DNA of 64,000 nt from Minisyncoccota bacterium (GCA_041658985.1 JBAZZC010000004.1:20221-84220), one strand, 5' to 3'; counted from the first letter of the stretch, positions 19,008 to 27,947 are shown. Program-made: numbers and translations. Notes: generated by a model not told the origin, from the sequence alone.

Positions 19008-19035
19008 GGATTAAAAAATTTTCTTCCCCCAAAAT
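19008..19035. repeat. IR3-L: 28-bp perfect inverted repeat (partner 19280-19307), located between the recombinase start codon and IR1-R
   Basis: GGATTAAAAAATTTTCTTCCCCCAAAAT vs reverse complement at 19280-19307. Confidence 0.85.
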
Positions 19036-19135
19036 GCGAAATCGGGAATTCGTTTTTACCCCCAAAATTGAATACAAATTAGTCGCCGAGCGAAGCGAGG
19101 CGAACCAAAACTCTTTGACTTTTCCTACGTGGTGC
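19035..19135. repeat. IR1-R: inverted partner of 17531-17631
   Basis: See IR1-L. Confidence 0.9.
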
Positions 19136-19227
19136 AGTATCCTTGAATTAGTCCGAACGCATTTCGCCGCCTGCGGCGGCGAGGAAGTCCCCCCGCAAAA
19201 ATTCGGAAAGGCGGCGGAGCCGCACCG
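19132..19227. repeat. IR2-L: 96-bp perfect inverted repeat (partner 20132-20227). Overlaps the end of IR1-R by 4 nt.
   Basis: 19132-19227 equals the reverse complement of 20132-20227. Confidence 0.9.
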
Positions 19228-19527
19228 ATCAAAACCGTAAAAGAACCCGGAGAAAAACATCGGCGCGAACCATATTTTAATTTTGGGGGAAGAAAATTTT
19301 TTAATCCATTCAGAACCCTCTAAAATGGCCCCAAATAAGGGCTTTTTTGATTGTTTCGATATGGCTTGACAGAAAGGTTTGGATATGCTATACTTAATGC
19401 AGTAAATTGAAGTAAGTTCTTTATCATTTTTGGTCAGCTTTCTTGCGACACAATAGCTTAGAAACCTTGTTTTTCTTAGTTGCTGTGTCGCAAGAATCCA
19501 ACAACCCACAACCCAAAGGAGACTGAC

Positions 19528-20004
19528 ATGATGACGACGCAACCGCGACTGACCAAGGGGCTGTTCGGGCACGAGTTTCGCTCTGCCAGCACCCTGTTCG
19601 GCATCCGGTGTGGACAGTGTCGCGGTCGCGACTTCGTTCACAACGGCGGCTGGTACAACAGGGACGGCGAGAAACTCGGCTGGGGCGATCTCGCACCGGC
19701 GGACTTCCTGAAGATCTCCAACGAGTTGGAGGATGGTGAGCTCTTCATCATTCTCTACGAGTCGGACTCTTTCTGGAACTTCGTCACCCGCCCGGGCATC
19801 ATCGGCAGCATGGCCGCCGTGAAGCCCGACGTGGAGGCGCCCGGCGTCGACTTCGTAGCGGAGAAATGCTGCTACATCGTCGCCAAGCACCGACTCTACT
19901 ACGTCGACCGGAACGGCTACTCGAAAGAGAAGACGTTCGATCGAGACGGGTTGCAGTTCACGGTGCTGACGCCCGAAGCCGCGAAGCAGCTCATCGCTTC
20001 GTAG
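19528..20004 (+). CDS. hypothetical GC-rich protein carried between the IR2 copies
   Basis: TTGACA-17-TATACT promoter at 19366-19394. 11-bp-stem hairpin in the leader at 19442-19494. SD AAGGAG 8 nt before ATGATG (MMTTQPRL...). No recognisable family. Confidence 0.45.
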   Translation: MMTTQPRLTKGLFGHEFRSASTLFGIRCGQCRGRDFVHNGGWYNRDGEKLGWGDLAPADFLKISNELEDGELFIILYESDSFWNFVTRPGIIGSMAAVKPDVEAPGVDFVAEKCCYIVAKHRLYYVDRNGYSKEKTFDRDGLQFTVLTPEAAKQLIAS

Positions 20005-20131
20005 CTCCGCCCGCCGCCAACCCAAACCAAGTTCGCCACCTCTTGATAAAAGGTGGCTTTCTTTTTGTCTGATTTTTTGATAAAATAAATTCATAATTGA
20101 ATGCCGCCAAAGAAAAACTTGAAATTGTCAG

Positions 20132-20227
20132 CGGTGCGGCTCCGCCGCCTTTCCGAATTTTTGCGGGGGGACTTCCTCGCCGCCGCAGGCGGCGAAATGC
20201 GTTCGGACTAATTCAAGGATACTGCAC
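20132..20227. repeat. IR2-R: inverted partner of 19132-19227. It is immediately preceded (20101-20129) by a 29-bp inverted copy of recombinase-gene codons 31-40 (18872-18900).
   Basis: Direct comparison; see findings. Confidence 0.9.
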
Positions 20228-20348
20228 AAATAACTCCTGCAAGGGAGTTTTTGTATTTTATAAGATTGCACTTGAGTTATATTTATGATATATAAGTAAA
20301 TAGAGTGACGAGTTTAGTAGTAACCAAGTCGTCAAGGGGAAATCACAT

Positions 20349-21620
20349 ATGTCAACAATCCACGAAGAGTTAAAGGCCCGGGGCTTTGTCCAGCAGGAAA
20401 CTGCACCGGTGCAGGTCTTTCATCCAACAACTCACGAGTTGCTGGAGACTTTGTCGCTGAAGAATCTACTCAACAATAGTAGGATTACCTACTATGTCGG
20501 TTTTGACCCGACAGCGGACAGTTTGCACATCGGCCATCTTTTGCCGATCATGGCCATGACTCATCTGCAGAGAGCCGGCCACACGCCGATCGCTATCATT
20601 GGTGGCGGGACCACTATGATTGGTGACCCGAGTGGTAAGACTGAGACAAGGCAAATGCTCTCGAAAGAGGTCATTGCCTCAAACGGACAACGGCTTTTGG
20701 CACAGCTGAAACACTACCTTGACTTCGGTCAGGGCAAGGGATTGTTCGTTAACAATGCTGAGTGGCTTTTGCCACTTAACTACATTGAATTTCTCCGCGA
20801 CATCGGGAAACACTTCCGTGTCAACGAGATGGTTCGTACAACGGCGTACGCAGAACGACTTGCACGTGAGGAAGGATTGTCCTTCATCGAGTTCAACTAC
20901 CAACTGCTTCAAGCGTACGACTTTCTCGTTCTGTACGAAAAGTACGGATGCACGGTGCAGATGGGGGGGGACGACCAGTGGAGTAACATCCTTGCCGGAA
21001 TTGACCTCATCCGGAAGGTCAAACAAGGAAACGCCCACGCCTTGACATTCCCGCTTCTTACCACGGCGAGTGGCAAGAAGATGGGAAAGACCGAATCGGG
21101 GGCCGTTTGGCTTGATTCGGCCAAGACCTCACCCTACGAGTACTACCAGTACTGGATTAACACCGAGGACGGAGATGTTGAAAAGTTCCTGAAACTCTTC
21201 ACCTTTCTGCCCTTGGAGAAAATCACGGAACTGTGTGCTCGTGGAGGTCAACACCTCCGTACCGCCAAAGAAGCCCTTGCCTTTGAGACGACGAAGATCA
21301 CCCATGGCGAGGTAGAGGCAATCAAGGCCCAGAATGTTTCAAGGGAGTTGTTCAGTGGTAAGGGGAGTGAAGCATCTCACCTTCCGAGCACGGCCATCTC
21401 CCAGACCGAAGTGGACAAACTCCGACTCGTTGAAGTTCTTGTTAGGGTGGGCTTAAGCTCTTCAAAGACCGAGGCGGGGAAGCTCATCACTAGTGGTGGG
21501 GTCTATGCCAATGGTGAGAGGGTAATCGACGCCAAAGTCATGCTGTCCGAACTTCTCGTGGACGGCACAGTTCTTTTGCGGAAGGGACAGAAAACCTTTC
21601 ACAAAGTAGTCGTTGGGTAA
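20349..21620 (+). CDS. tyrS: tyrosine--tRNA ligase
   Basis: Class I HIGH motif (DPTADSLHIGHLLPIMAM) and KMSKS-type KMGKT. C-terminal S4-like domain. GC-richer than surrounding AT-rich genes. Confidence 0.95.
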   Translation: MSTIHEELKARGFVQQETAPVQVFHPTTHELLETLSLKNLLNNSRITYYVGFDPTADSLHIGHLLPIMAMTHLQRAGHTPIAIIGGGTTMIGDPSGKTETRQMLSKEVIASNGQRLLAQLKHYLDFGQGKGLFVNNAEWLLPLNYIEFLRDIGKHFRVNEMVRTTAYAERLAREEGLSFIEFNYQLLQAYDFLVLYEKYGCTVQMGGDDQWSNILAGIDLIRKVKQGNAHALTFPLLTTASGKKMGKTESGAVWLDSAKTSPYEYYQYWINTEDGDVEKFLKLFTFLPLEKITELCARGGQHLRTAKEALAFETTKITHGEVEAIKAQNVSRELFSGKGSEASHLPSTAISQTEVDKLRLVEVLVRVGLSSSKTEAGKLITSGGVYANGERVIDAKVMLSELLVDGTVLLRKGQKTFHKVVVG

Positions 21621-21626
21621 CGAAGT

Positions 21627-21712
21627 GGGTAGGTGCCCGAGCGGTCAAAGGGGACTGTCTGTAAAACAGTTGGCCTAGGCCTACAGAGGTTCAAATCCTC
21701 TCCTACCCACCA
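21627..21712 (+). tRNA. tRNA-Tyr(GTA), type II (copy 2), 6 nt after the tyrS stop
   Basis: Acceptor GGGTAGG/CCTACCC, anticodon stem ACTGT with loop CTGTAAA, long variable arm GGCCTAGGCC, T-loop GGTTCAAATCC, encoded CCA. Confidence 0.85.
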
Positions 21713-21750
21713 ACTTCCAAAGACTACTAACGAAGTAAGTCTCGAGGACG

Positions 21751-21795
21751 GGAGGACAGAATCATCGCGCGAGCGATGGGGATGTCCTCCTTTTT
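21751..21795 (+). terminator. rho-independent terminator after tRNA-Tyr copy 2
   Basis: GGAGGACA ... TGTCCTCC stem followed by TTTTT. Confidence 0.6.
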
Positions 21796-21908
21796 AGTAA
21801 AAATATTTAATACACCTTATTTATATATGATTGTTAGATGTTATAATCTTTCTGTATATTAATAGTTCAACAATCTCTTAGATATTATCAAAACAAAAGA
21901 GAATTACT

Positions 21909-22517
21909 ATGAAAAAGAAAATGTTTATTCTTGACATTGCTACCTTTGGACATGAAGCGGCTCTTATGTTTATACAAAGACAAGGATGGTTATTGAAAGA
22001 TGTCGAGATTGTTTTTTGTGGGTCACACGGGAGTCTACTTGAACGTTTTGTCACAGAACCATTCTCCTATGCAACTGTACCACTCCGAAACTCTTCCGCT
22101 GGTGAGTATACGGAGGTAACAATTCCTCTTGCAAAATTTCGAGGGGAGGGACATAAACTACTAGAACGAGATCAATTTGATCTCCCAATCAATCTTTTTC
22201 TTCTAGTTTCTCCTAGTGTTAATCAAGTCGATGAACTTGAATGTGTTATGTCACATGAGAAAGCGCTCAAAGAGTGTGGTCAATATCTTGATTCTATCGG
22301 CATTACACAGGATAAGCGCTCAGAGGTTAAGTCAACCGGCGAGTCTGCAAGACTTGTGTCTGAACTCGGCCTTGGTGCATTAGTGGGGGCTGTTGCACCA
22401 AAGATAGCCACCAAGGTTTATAATCTCAAAGTTTTAGCTGAAAACATTCAAGACGACCCGAACAACAAGACCATATTTGTACTTCTCCAGAACCAATTGA
22501 CTATGAAACTAAAATAG
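21909..22517 (+). CDS. prephenate dehydratase (PDT) domain protein, without ACT domain
   Basis: SHEKALKECGQYL (PDT sHpQAlaQC signature) and GALVGAVAPKIATKVYNLKVLAENIQDDPNNKTIFVLL (AAIas...yGL.iL...IqD..nN.TRF). Confidence 0.65.
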   Translation: MKKKMFILDIATFGHEAALMFIQRQGWLLKDVEIVFCGSHGSLLERFVTEPFSYATVPLRNSSAGEYTEVTIPLAKFRGEGHKLLERDQFDLPINLFLLVSPSVNQVDELECVMSHEKALKECGQYLDSIGITQDKRSEVKSTGESARLVSELGLGALVGAVAPKIATKVYNLKVLAENIQDDPNNKTIFVLLQNQLTMKLK

Positions 22518-22572
22518 AATAAGCTCTAAATAGAGCCGAAACCCTCGGCCAAGAACCAGACAGGAGTGTATT

Positions 22573-23136
22573 ATGAAACTGGCGGTACTGTTAGCTGGTC
22601 TACCTGGGTCGGGTAAGACAACGATCTGTCGGCACATGGCTGAAATGCCCAAGGTGTGTCATGTTGATGTTGACCACTATAAGAGGCACAGAGCTGATCC
22701 AAAGAAAGTGACAAAAGAAGTGGACTCGCCGGAACTCCGACTGCTCTACTGTCGGGATGCTCTGAACGAGGCCTTCTGTCACTTTGATGCTGGGGCATCG
22801 GCTGTTGTGATGGATGAAGTATATCCCTACCACTCAGTTCGTGCTCAATTGGAAGCGCTCTGTGCGGAAAGGCAAGTGCAAGTGTTGTGGGTTGAGGTAC
22901 GGTCCTTGTGTGGTACGGCGGTGAAACGTCTTTCTACACCAAGACCAGGACACCTCCTCACACCAGAGTGTGCCGCGGAGATTCACCGCATGTGTGCGGC
23001 TATCTTCGAGGCGTTTCCTGCCGGTTGTCAGAATCACGTCATTATCAACAACGAAGATGGTGCCGACATCAATCGGTTGGTGACTGGTCTCATGGGGGTT
23101 GTCAACAAAAACCCTCAAGTCATCAGTTGTGGCTAG
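22573..23136 (+). CDS. P-loop NTPase/kinase (AAA_33 / zeta-toxin-like small kinase), GC-rich
   Basis: Walker A GLPGSGKTT near the N-terminus, ~185 aa. SD CAGGAG upstream. Confidence 0.55.
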   Translation: MKLAVLLAGLPGSGKTTICRHMAEMPKVCHVDVDHYKRHRADPKKVTKEVDSPELRLLYCRDALNEAFCHFDAGASAVVMDEVYPYHSVRAQLEALCAERQVQVLWVEVRSLCGTAVKRLSTPRPGHLLTPECAAEIHRMCAAIFEAFPAGCQNHVIINNEDGADINRLVTGLMGVVNKNPQVISCG

Positions 23137-23158
23137 GGAAGAAGTCTTGGGGCACGTT

Positions 23159-23190
23159 GTAACAGACGTGCCCCTCTTTTGTTGTCTGTA
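23159..23190 (+). terminator. rho-independent terminator closing the GC-rich block
   Basis: GGGGCACG ttgtaacaga CGTGCCCC + TCTTTT. Confidence 0.65.
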
Positions 23191-23242
23191 TCTTATGTAG
23201 TATTATACGGTATAATAAATGCTTATTTAATAAACACTACCC

Positions 23243-24025
23243 ATGACTAAAAACAATTTAATAGTTAAAATTATGATTCAGTCTGCACGGAAGGCTGGAA
23301 AAATACTGAAATTAGCGTTTGAAAGTAGCTCTTCAAAAGAAGTAAATAAGGGCAAGGGCAATTACGACGTGTTTTCTAAGGCAGACACCGATTCTGAAAA
23401 TATAATTATTAAAATTTTGACCTCCAAATTACCAAAGATAAGTATTTTAAGTGAGGAAAGGGGGTTTATTGATCGTAAATCGTCCGATACAATTATAATT
23501 GACCCACTTGATGGCAGTAGTAATTTTTTGCTGGGCATACCTCACTTTTCCGTATCATTAGTTTATATTAGTGGTGGCGAAATTGTTTCTTCGGTAGTTT
23601 ATAATCCAATCTTAGACAAAATGTATTTTGCAGAAAAAGAAAATGGGGCTTTTCTTAATAGTAAAAAATTGAAGATACAAACTAAAAGAGATTCGTCATA
23701 TATCACAGTGAATTTTAGCCATAATACCAAATGGAAAGAAAAAAGAAAGTTTTTTGATTGGGCCTATAAATCTGGTTTTAGTCGCGTTATGAACAATTGG
23801 TCACCTAACTTAGATTTTTGTTTACTTGCTGAAAGTAAGGTTGATGCGGTTGTATCGCTTGGTAGTTTAATCTATGATTTTGCCCCAGGTTATTTGATTG
23901 CCAAAGAGAGTGGTTGTATTGAATTTCCATCAATAAAAAAGATTAAAGTAACTGCCGATGGCACCAAACAGTTTGTCATTGCTAATAAGAAATCGCTATT
24001 GGCAAAAATACAGGTTATGGTATAA
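23243..24025 (+). CDS. inositol monophosphatase family protein (SuhB/IMPase-like)
   Basis: IIDPLDGSSNFLLGIPHFSVSLV (DPLDGT.NF..G.P.F.VSIA motif). Confidence 0.8.
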   Translation: MTKNNLIVKIMIQSARKAGKILKLAFESSSSKEVNKGKGNYDVFSKADTDSENIIIKILTSKLPKISILSEERGFIDRKSSDTIIIDPLDGSSNFLLGIPHFSVSLVYISGGEIVSSVVYNPILDKMYFAEKENGAFLNSKKLKIQTKRDSSYITVNFSHNTKWKEKRKFFDWAYKSGFSRVMNNWSPNLDFCLLAESKVDAVVSLGSLIYDFAPGYLIAKESGCIEFPSIKKIKVTADGTKQFVIANKKSLLAKIQVMV

Positions 24026-24055
24026 TATATTTAGTTATAAAATCTAACCACTAAC

Positions 24056-24964
24056 ATGACAAAACAAACTAAAAGTTATTTATCAATAGTTGGTCTTTTG
24101 TATTGTTCAGTTATTCTTGGAACTCACTATATTGTAACCAAACAAATATCCTCATATGTTGATGCTTCAATGCTGACTGCCTATAGATTTTTGATTGCGG
24201 CAATACCTTTGTATATTTATATACTTTATATCAAAAAAAATCCTTTCCAGAACATAAAGCCCGGAGTAATCCTGGGCTTTTTCCTTTGGTTAGTATTTAT
24301 TTTGATAGTAACGGGTTTAAAATATACATCGGCAATTAACACTGGGTTCATCAGTGGGATGTTTTTTGTCTTTGTGCCTCTCGTAAACTATCTGGCATTT
24401 AAAAAGCATCTTAAGTTATTTCTGATGCCGGTGATTATTCTTTCTATTATAGGTTTATATCTTTTGACGGGGGGATTGAGCGCTCTTGGTTTGGGTGACA
24501 TACTAATTCTTTTTTCAGCAGTCTTTACCGCCATTCACTTAGTTCTAGTTGGGCATTATTCAAAGGAAGGTCTTGACCCTGTAGTTGTTTGTTTTCAACA
24601 GTTTGCGGTAGTAGCCTTGCTTAGTGTCGTGTTTGCTTTTTTGACAAATAAATTTGATATCTTTGTTCCGGTTTCCCAAATTGGACCACTGTTATTTTTG
24701 GGGATATTACCTACACTTTCTGTGTTTTTTGTCCAAATGGTTTCTCTAAAATATGCATCTGAAATTACAGGGGCTGTATTATTGTCTCTTCAACCAGGTT
24801 TTGCAGCATTCTTTTCTTATTGGCTGGGAGGAGAGAGATTTACAACGCTTCAATTATTGGGAGGAGTCTTATTGTTTTTTTCTGCGATTATATACTCTTT
24901 TTTGACACAAGGAAAAAAGAACATTGAAAAGTCAGATGGTCAAAAAATAGACAGTATAGATTAA
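24056..24964 (+). CDS. EamA/DMT-family 10-TM transporter
   Basis: Two repeated ~5-TM halves rich in Gly/Leu/Phe. Family assignment by topology only. Confidence 0.55.
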   Translation: MTKQTKSYLSIVGLLYCSVILGTHYIVTKQISSYVDASMLTAYRFLIAAIPLYIYILYIKKNPFQNIKPGVILGFFLWLVFILIVTGLKYTSAINTGFISGMFFVFVPLVNYLAFKKHLKLFLMPVIILSIIGLYLLTGGLSALGLGDILILFSAVFTAIHLVLVGHYSKEGLDPVVVCFQQFAVVALLSVVFAFLTNKFDIFVPVSQIGPLLFLGILPTLSVFFVQMVSLKYASEITGAVLLSLQPGFAAFFSYWLGGERFTTLQLLGGVLLFFSAIIYSFLTQGKKNIEKSDGQKIDSID

Positions 24965-24992
24965 AATATAATTCTGTAACCCACCAAATCCA

Positions 24993-26492
24993 ATGACAAC
25001 AATCACTTTTAAGATTCCAGGGTTATCTAAAAAATTTATTTTTAAATCTCCTAGAGTAACATCTCCCTTTTATAAAAAAAAGTGTCGTTTAGAAATTGCC
25101 AAGCATCTTCCACCTACACATTTAGCCTTACACGCTTGTTTGTTGAGAAAAAATAATAAAGGAACTCTTTTAATTGGTCCTACGCAATCTGGTAAATCTA
25201 CAATGGCAAAGTTATTAGTTGATGTTGGTTATCAAATTATAGCGAATGATTTTGTTGCGGTGACTTATAAAAAAGGTCAATTATGGGCGAGTGATATCAA
25301 TTATGAAATAAATAATAAATTTCTATTACCTATAAGTGTGGATTATATTTTTACTCTTGATCCAAAAAATAAACTGGATATTAGTCGTATGACGAAGTCT
25401 GAGTTTGATAAGTTTTATACTAGGACGTTATCCCCAATACCCGAAAAATTTACAAAGTTGTTAATAGAAAAACCTGTCTATCATCATCTTTTTAGAAGAC
25501 ACGTTTGCTTGGGTAATAGAAAAGATCCAGAAAAATGGATGAGGAGTATTAAATATGTATTGTCTATTCATCTTGGTAATCGTGTGGGAATTTTTGGACT
25601 AGGTGCTATTGGTCAAGGTGTTGCTAATTTATTAATTGACCATCCCGGTTTAACAGAGTTACATTTATACACTCGCGATAAATCTAAACTTTCTTCTTTT
25701 GTTTTAGATCTAAAAAGTGCTAATCCTAAAATGACAGTTGTTGGTCACAACACGACGGAAGAATTTTTTGCTAATTGTGACATTGTCATTCTTTGTTTTA
25801 GAGACAGCGGGTCGTTAACAAGTGTTTCTGGAACCGAGGAACGTGTGGCAAGATTATTTCCACATGCTCGTATTGTTTGGGATATCAGTCGTGTCATTCG
25901 GAAATGTGCTTTTTCTGGAGTATTTTTAATGGTTTCTAATCCTGTAGATATTCTAAGTTCGGCTTTGTATGAATTTTCTTGGCTTGATGACAGTGGAAAG
26001 AAGGATAATAACGGGATATTTTCGAATCAAATATATGGTGTTGGTCTAGGACTTGACTATAATCGTCTTTTAGTTATCAAGACAGGGGTTAAATATGAAG
26101 TAGTTGGACCACATGGTGATAATCTTCAATTGGCTAAAATTAATAATGGTGTTCTTGTTCCTGCAATTGATAAAGAATTGCTTTCTTCTGTTTTGGATTA
26201 TTCAAAAAAGATTCGTGTTGGATGTTCTCGTACAATTGAGGGGCCAACTCATGAAATACAAAAAATTATATCTGTGCTTATATCTGGTAAGGGAATATTA
26301 CGGGCATCAGGATTATATTCATCTGACATGTTTCTTGGTAATATCTGGAATATCAAAAAATTAATTCCTGAAGTTAAATTTTCATTTAATAAAAAATTAA
26401 AAGATACTTTAGATTCAGTATCAATAAAACAAACAGATATATTATATTTAACGGAAAAGGAATTACTCAATGATGTATTTAAACGGAAATAA
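24993..26492 (+). CDS. fusion protein: N-terminal HPr-kinase-like P-loop domain + C-terminal L-lactate/malate dehydrogenase-like domain
   Basis: N-terminus GTLLIGPTQSGKSTMAKLLVDVGYQIIANDFVAV (HprK C-domain pattern G..G.SG.GKS..AL.Li..G..lvADD.V). C-terminus VGIFGLGAIGQGVANLL (Rossmann), NPVDILS, GVGLGLDYNR, VVGPHGDN (LDH/MDH signatures). Confidence 0.6.
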   Translation: MTTITFKIPGLSKKFIFKSPRVTSPFYKKKCRLEIAKHLPPTHLALHACLLRKNNKGTLLIGPTQSGKSTMAKLLVDVGYQIIANDFVAVTYKKGQLWASDINYEINNKFLLPISVDYIFTLDPKNKLDISRMTKSEFDKFYTRTLSPIPEKFTKLLIEKPVYHHLFRRHVCLGNRKDPEKWMRSIKYVLSIHLGNRVGIFGLGAIGQGVANLLIDHPGLTELHLYTRDKSKLSSFVLDLKSANPKMTVVGHNTTEEFFANCDIVILCFRDSGSLTSVSGTEERVARLFPHARIVWDISRVIRKCAFSGVFLMVSNPVDILSSALYEFSWLDDSGKKDNNGIFSNQIYGVGLGLDYNRLLVIKTGVKYEVVGPHGDNLQLAKINNGVLVPAIDKELLSSVLDYSKKIRVGCSRTIEGPTHEIQKIISVLISGKGILRASGLYSSDMFLGNIWNIKKLIPEVKFSFNKKLKDTLDSVSIKQTDILYLTEKELLNDVFKRK

Positions 26493-26506
26493 TAATTTTA
26501 GTTTTT

Positions 26507-27703
26507 GTGTGTTATTATGTTTTTATGCAGAAAGATATAAACAGAAAAGGATTACGAACTTGGATAGAAATAGACAAAAAAGCTTTAAAATATAATTACG
26601 GAGTATTACAGGGTATGTTACCAAAAAATGTAAAGCTCATGTCCGTGGTTAAATCCAATGCTTATGGTCACGGTCTTGTTGATTTTTCTCTTGAAGCTCA
26701 ACAACTTGGTATAGATTGGTTTGGTGTAGACTCAATTGTTGAGGCAATTGCTTTGCGGGAGGCAGGTATTACAAAACCTATACTTGTGTTGGGATATACG
26801 CTTCCGGAGATGCTAATAAGGGCCGTAAAACACAATATTAGTATCACTGTTTCAACATTTGAGTTACTTGAAAATATTTCTAAAATGTCTTTTTCAACTA
26901 AAATTAAAGTTCATATAAAAGTTGATACGGGGATGCACAGACAGGGTTTTCAAGAGGACGAAATTGAGAAGGTGGTTGTGAGACTTAAAGAACTTAAATC
27001 GAAGGTTGAAGTTGAGGGTTTGTTTACACATTTTGCTGGTGTAAAAAACTCTAAATTTTCAGAACTTACAAATAAACAACTCCAATCTTTTAAGCTTTGG
27101 GTAGATAAATTTAAAAAAGAAAAATTTACCCCAATTATTCATGCTGGAGCATCAAGTGTGGTTTTCATATTTCCGGAGGCCTATTTTGATATGGTTAGAG
27201 TTGGGATTGCTCAATATGGATTGTGGCCGTCTAAAGATGTAAAAAGACTCACAAAACAAAAAACGAAGTCCCGTAGTGAGCTTTGCTCTACTACTGGGAT
27301 AAAACTGAAGCCAATATTACAATGGAAAACTCTTGTTGGAGAAATAAAAAAAGTACCAAAGGGTAACCGAGTTGGTTATGACTTTACCGAAGAGTTTAAG
27401 AAAAATTCTACTATCGCTGTTTGTCCTATTGGTTATTGGCATGGATATCCAAGAAGTCTTTCCAGTGTTGGTAATGTGCTTGTGAGAGGTAAACGGGCCA
27501 AGGTGTTGGGTAGGGTTTCAATGGACATGATTGTTGTAGATGTTTCAAATATTTCAAAAGTTAAAGTGAGGGATGAAGTCACCTTGATTGGCTCCGGTGG
27601 TAAGGGGATTGTTTCGGCCGAAGAAGTGGCAGATTTGGCCGGTGCATCTCTCTACGAGATAGTTACACGTATTAACCCCCTCATAAAAAGGGTATACTTT
27701 TAA
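26507..27703 (+). CDS. alr: alanine racemase
   Basis: PLP-lysine motif VVKSNAYGHG and two-domain length. The likely true start is the internal Met at ~26522. Confidence 0.9.
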   Translation: MCYYVFMQKDINRKGLRTWIEIDKKALKYNYGVLQGMLPKNVKLMSVVKSNAYGHGLVDFSLEAQQLGIDWFGVDSIVEAIALREAGITKPILVLGYTLPEMLIRAVKHNISITVSTFELLENISKMSFSTKIKVHIKVDTGMHRQGFQEDEIEKVVVRLKELKSKVEVEGLFTHFAGVKNSKFSELTNKQLQSFKLWVDKFKKEKFTPIIHAGASSVVFIFPEAYFDMVRVGIAQYGLWPSKDVKRLTKQKTKSRSELCSTTGIKLKPILQWKTLVGEIKKVPKGNRVGYDFTEEFKKNSTIAVCPIGYWHGYPRSLSSVGNVLVRGKRAKVLGRVSMDMIVVDVSNISKVKVRDEVTLIGSGGKGIVSAEEVADLAGASLYEIVTRINPLIKRVYF

Positions 27704-27705
27704 GG

Positions 27706-27897
27706 TTGCAACATTTATACTTTTCAAGTATAGTATTGCCTATGTCACAAGATAGATTAATACAGCTAAAAAACAAGGAGTCCAAGGAGGTTTATTGGAC
27801 GTCAAAAAACAAAAAGAAAGTTGAGCGTAAAATAGAGCTCAAGAAATATAGTAAAAAACTTCGAAAGAGGGTTACGTTCAAAGAAGCTAAAAAATAA
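27706..27897 (+). CDS. small basic hypothetical protein
   Basis: 63-aa Lys-rich ORF followed by terminator 27910-27930. Confidence 0.3.
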   Translation: MQHLYFSSIVLPMSQDRLIQLKNKESKEVYWTSKNKKKVERKIELKKYSKKLRKRVTFKEAKK

Positions 27898-27909
27898 TAA
27901 ACAAAAATT

Positions 27910-27930
27910 CGCCAGATGGGCGATTTTTTG
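27910..27930 (+). terminator. rho-independent terminator
   Basis: CGCCAGATGGGCG + ATTTTTTG. Confidence 0.6.
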
Positions 27931-27947
27931 ATATATTTGTTTTTATT

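Noticed and set aside
18997-20094. Long minus-strand ORF 18997..20094 (365 aa) spanning the inverted-repeat junctions
   Set aside because: It reads antisense through IR3, IR1-R and IR2-L and through the better-supported plus-strand gene 19528..20004, which has its own promoter, SD and GC-typical codon usage. The Arg/Ala-rich translation is typical of antisense GC-rich DNA. The ORF 19034..19240 is simply the IR1 copy of the recombinase C-terminal sequence.
20230-20348. T-box riboswitch upstream of tyrS
   Set aside because: The leader is only ~118 nt and lacks the T-box consensus (AATTAGGGTGGNACCGCG) and a specifier-loop architecture.
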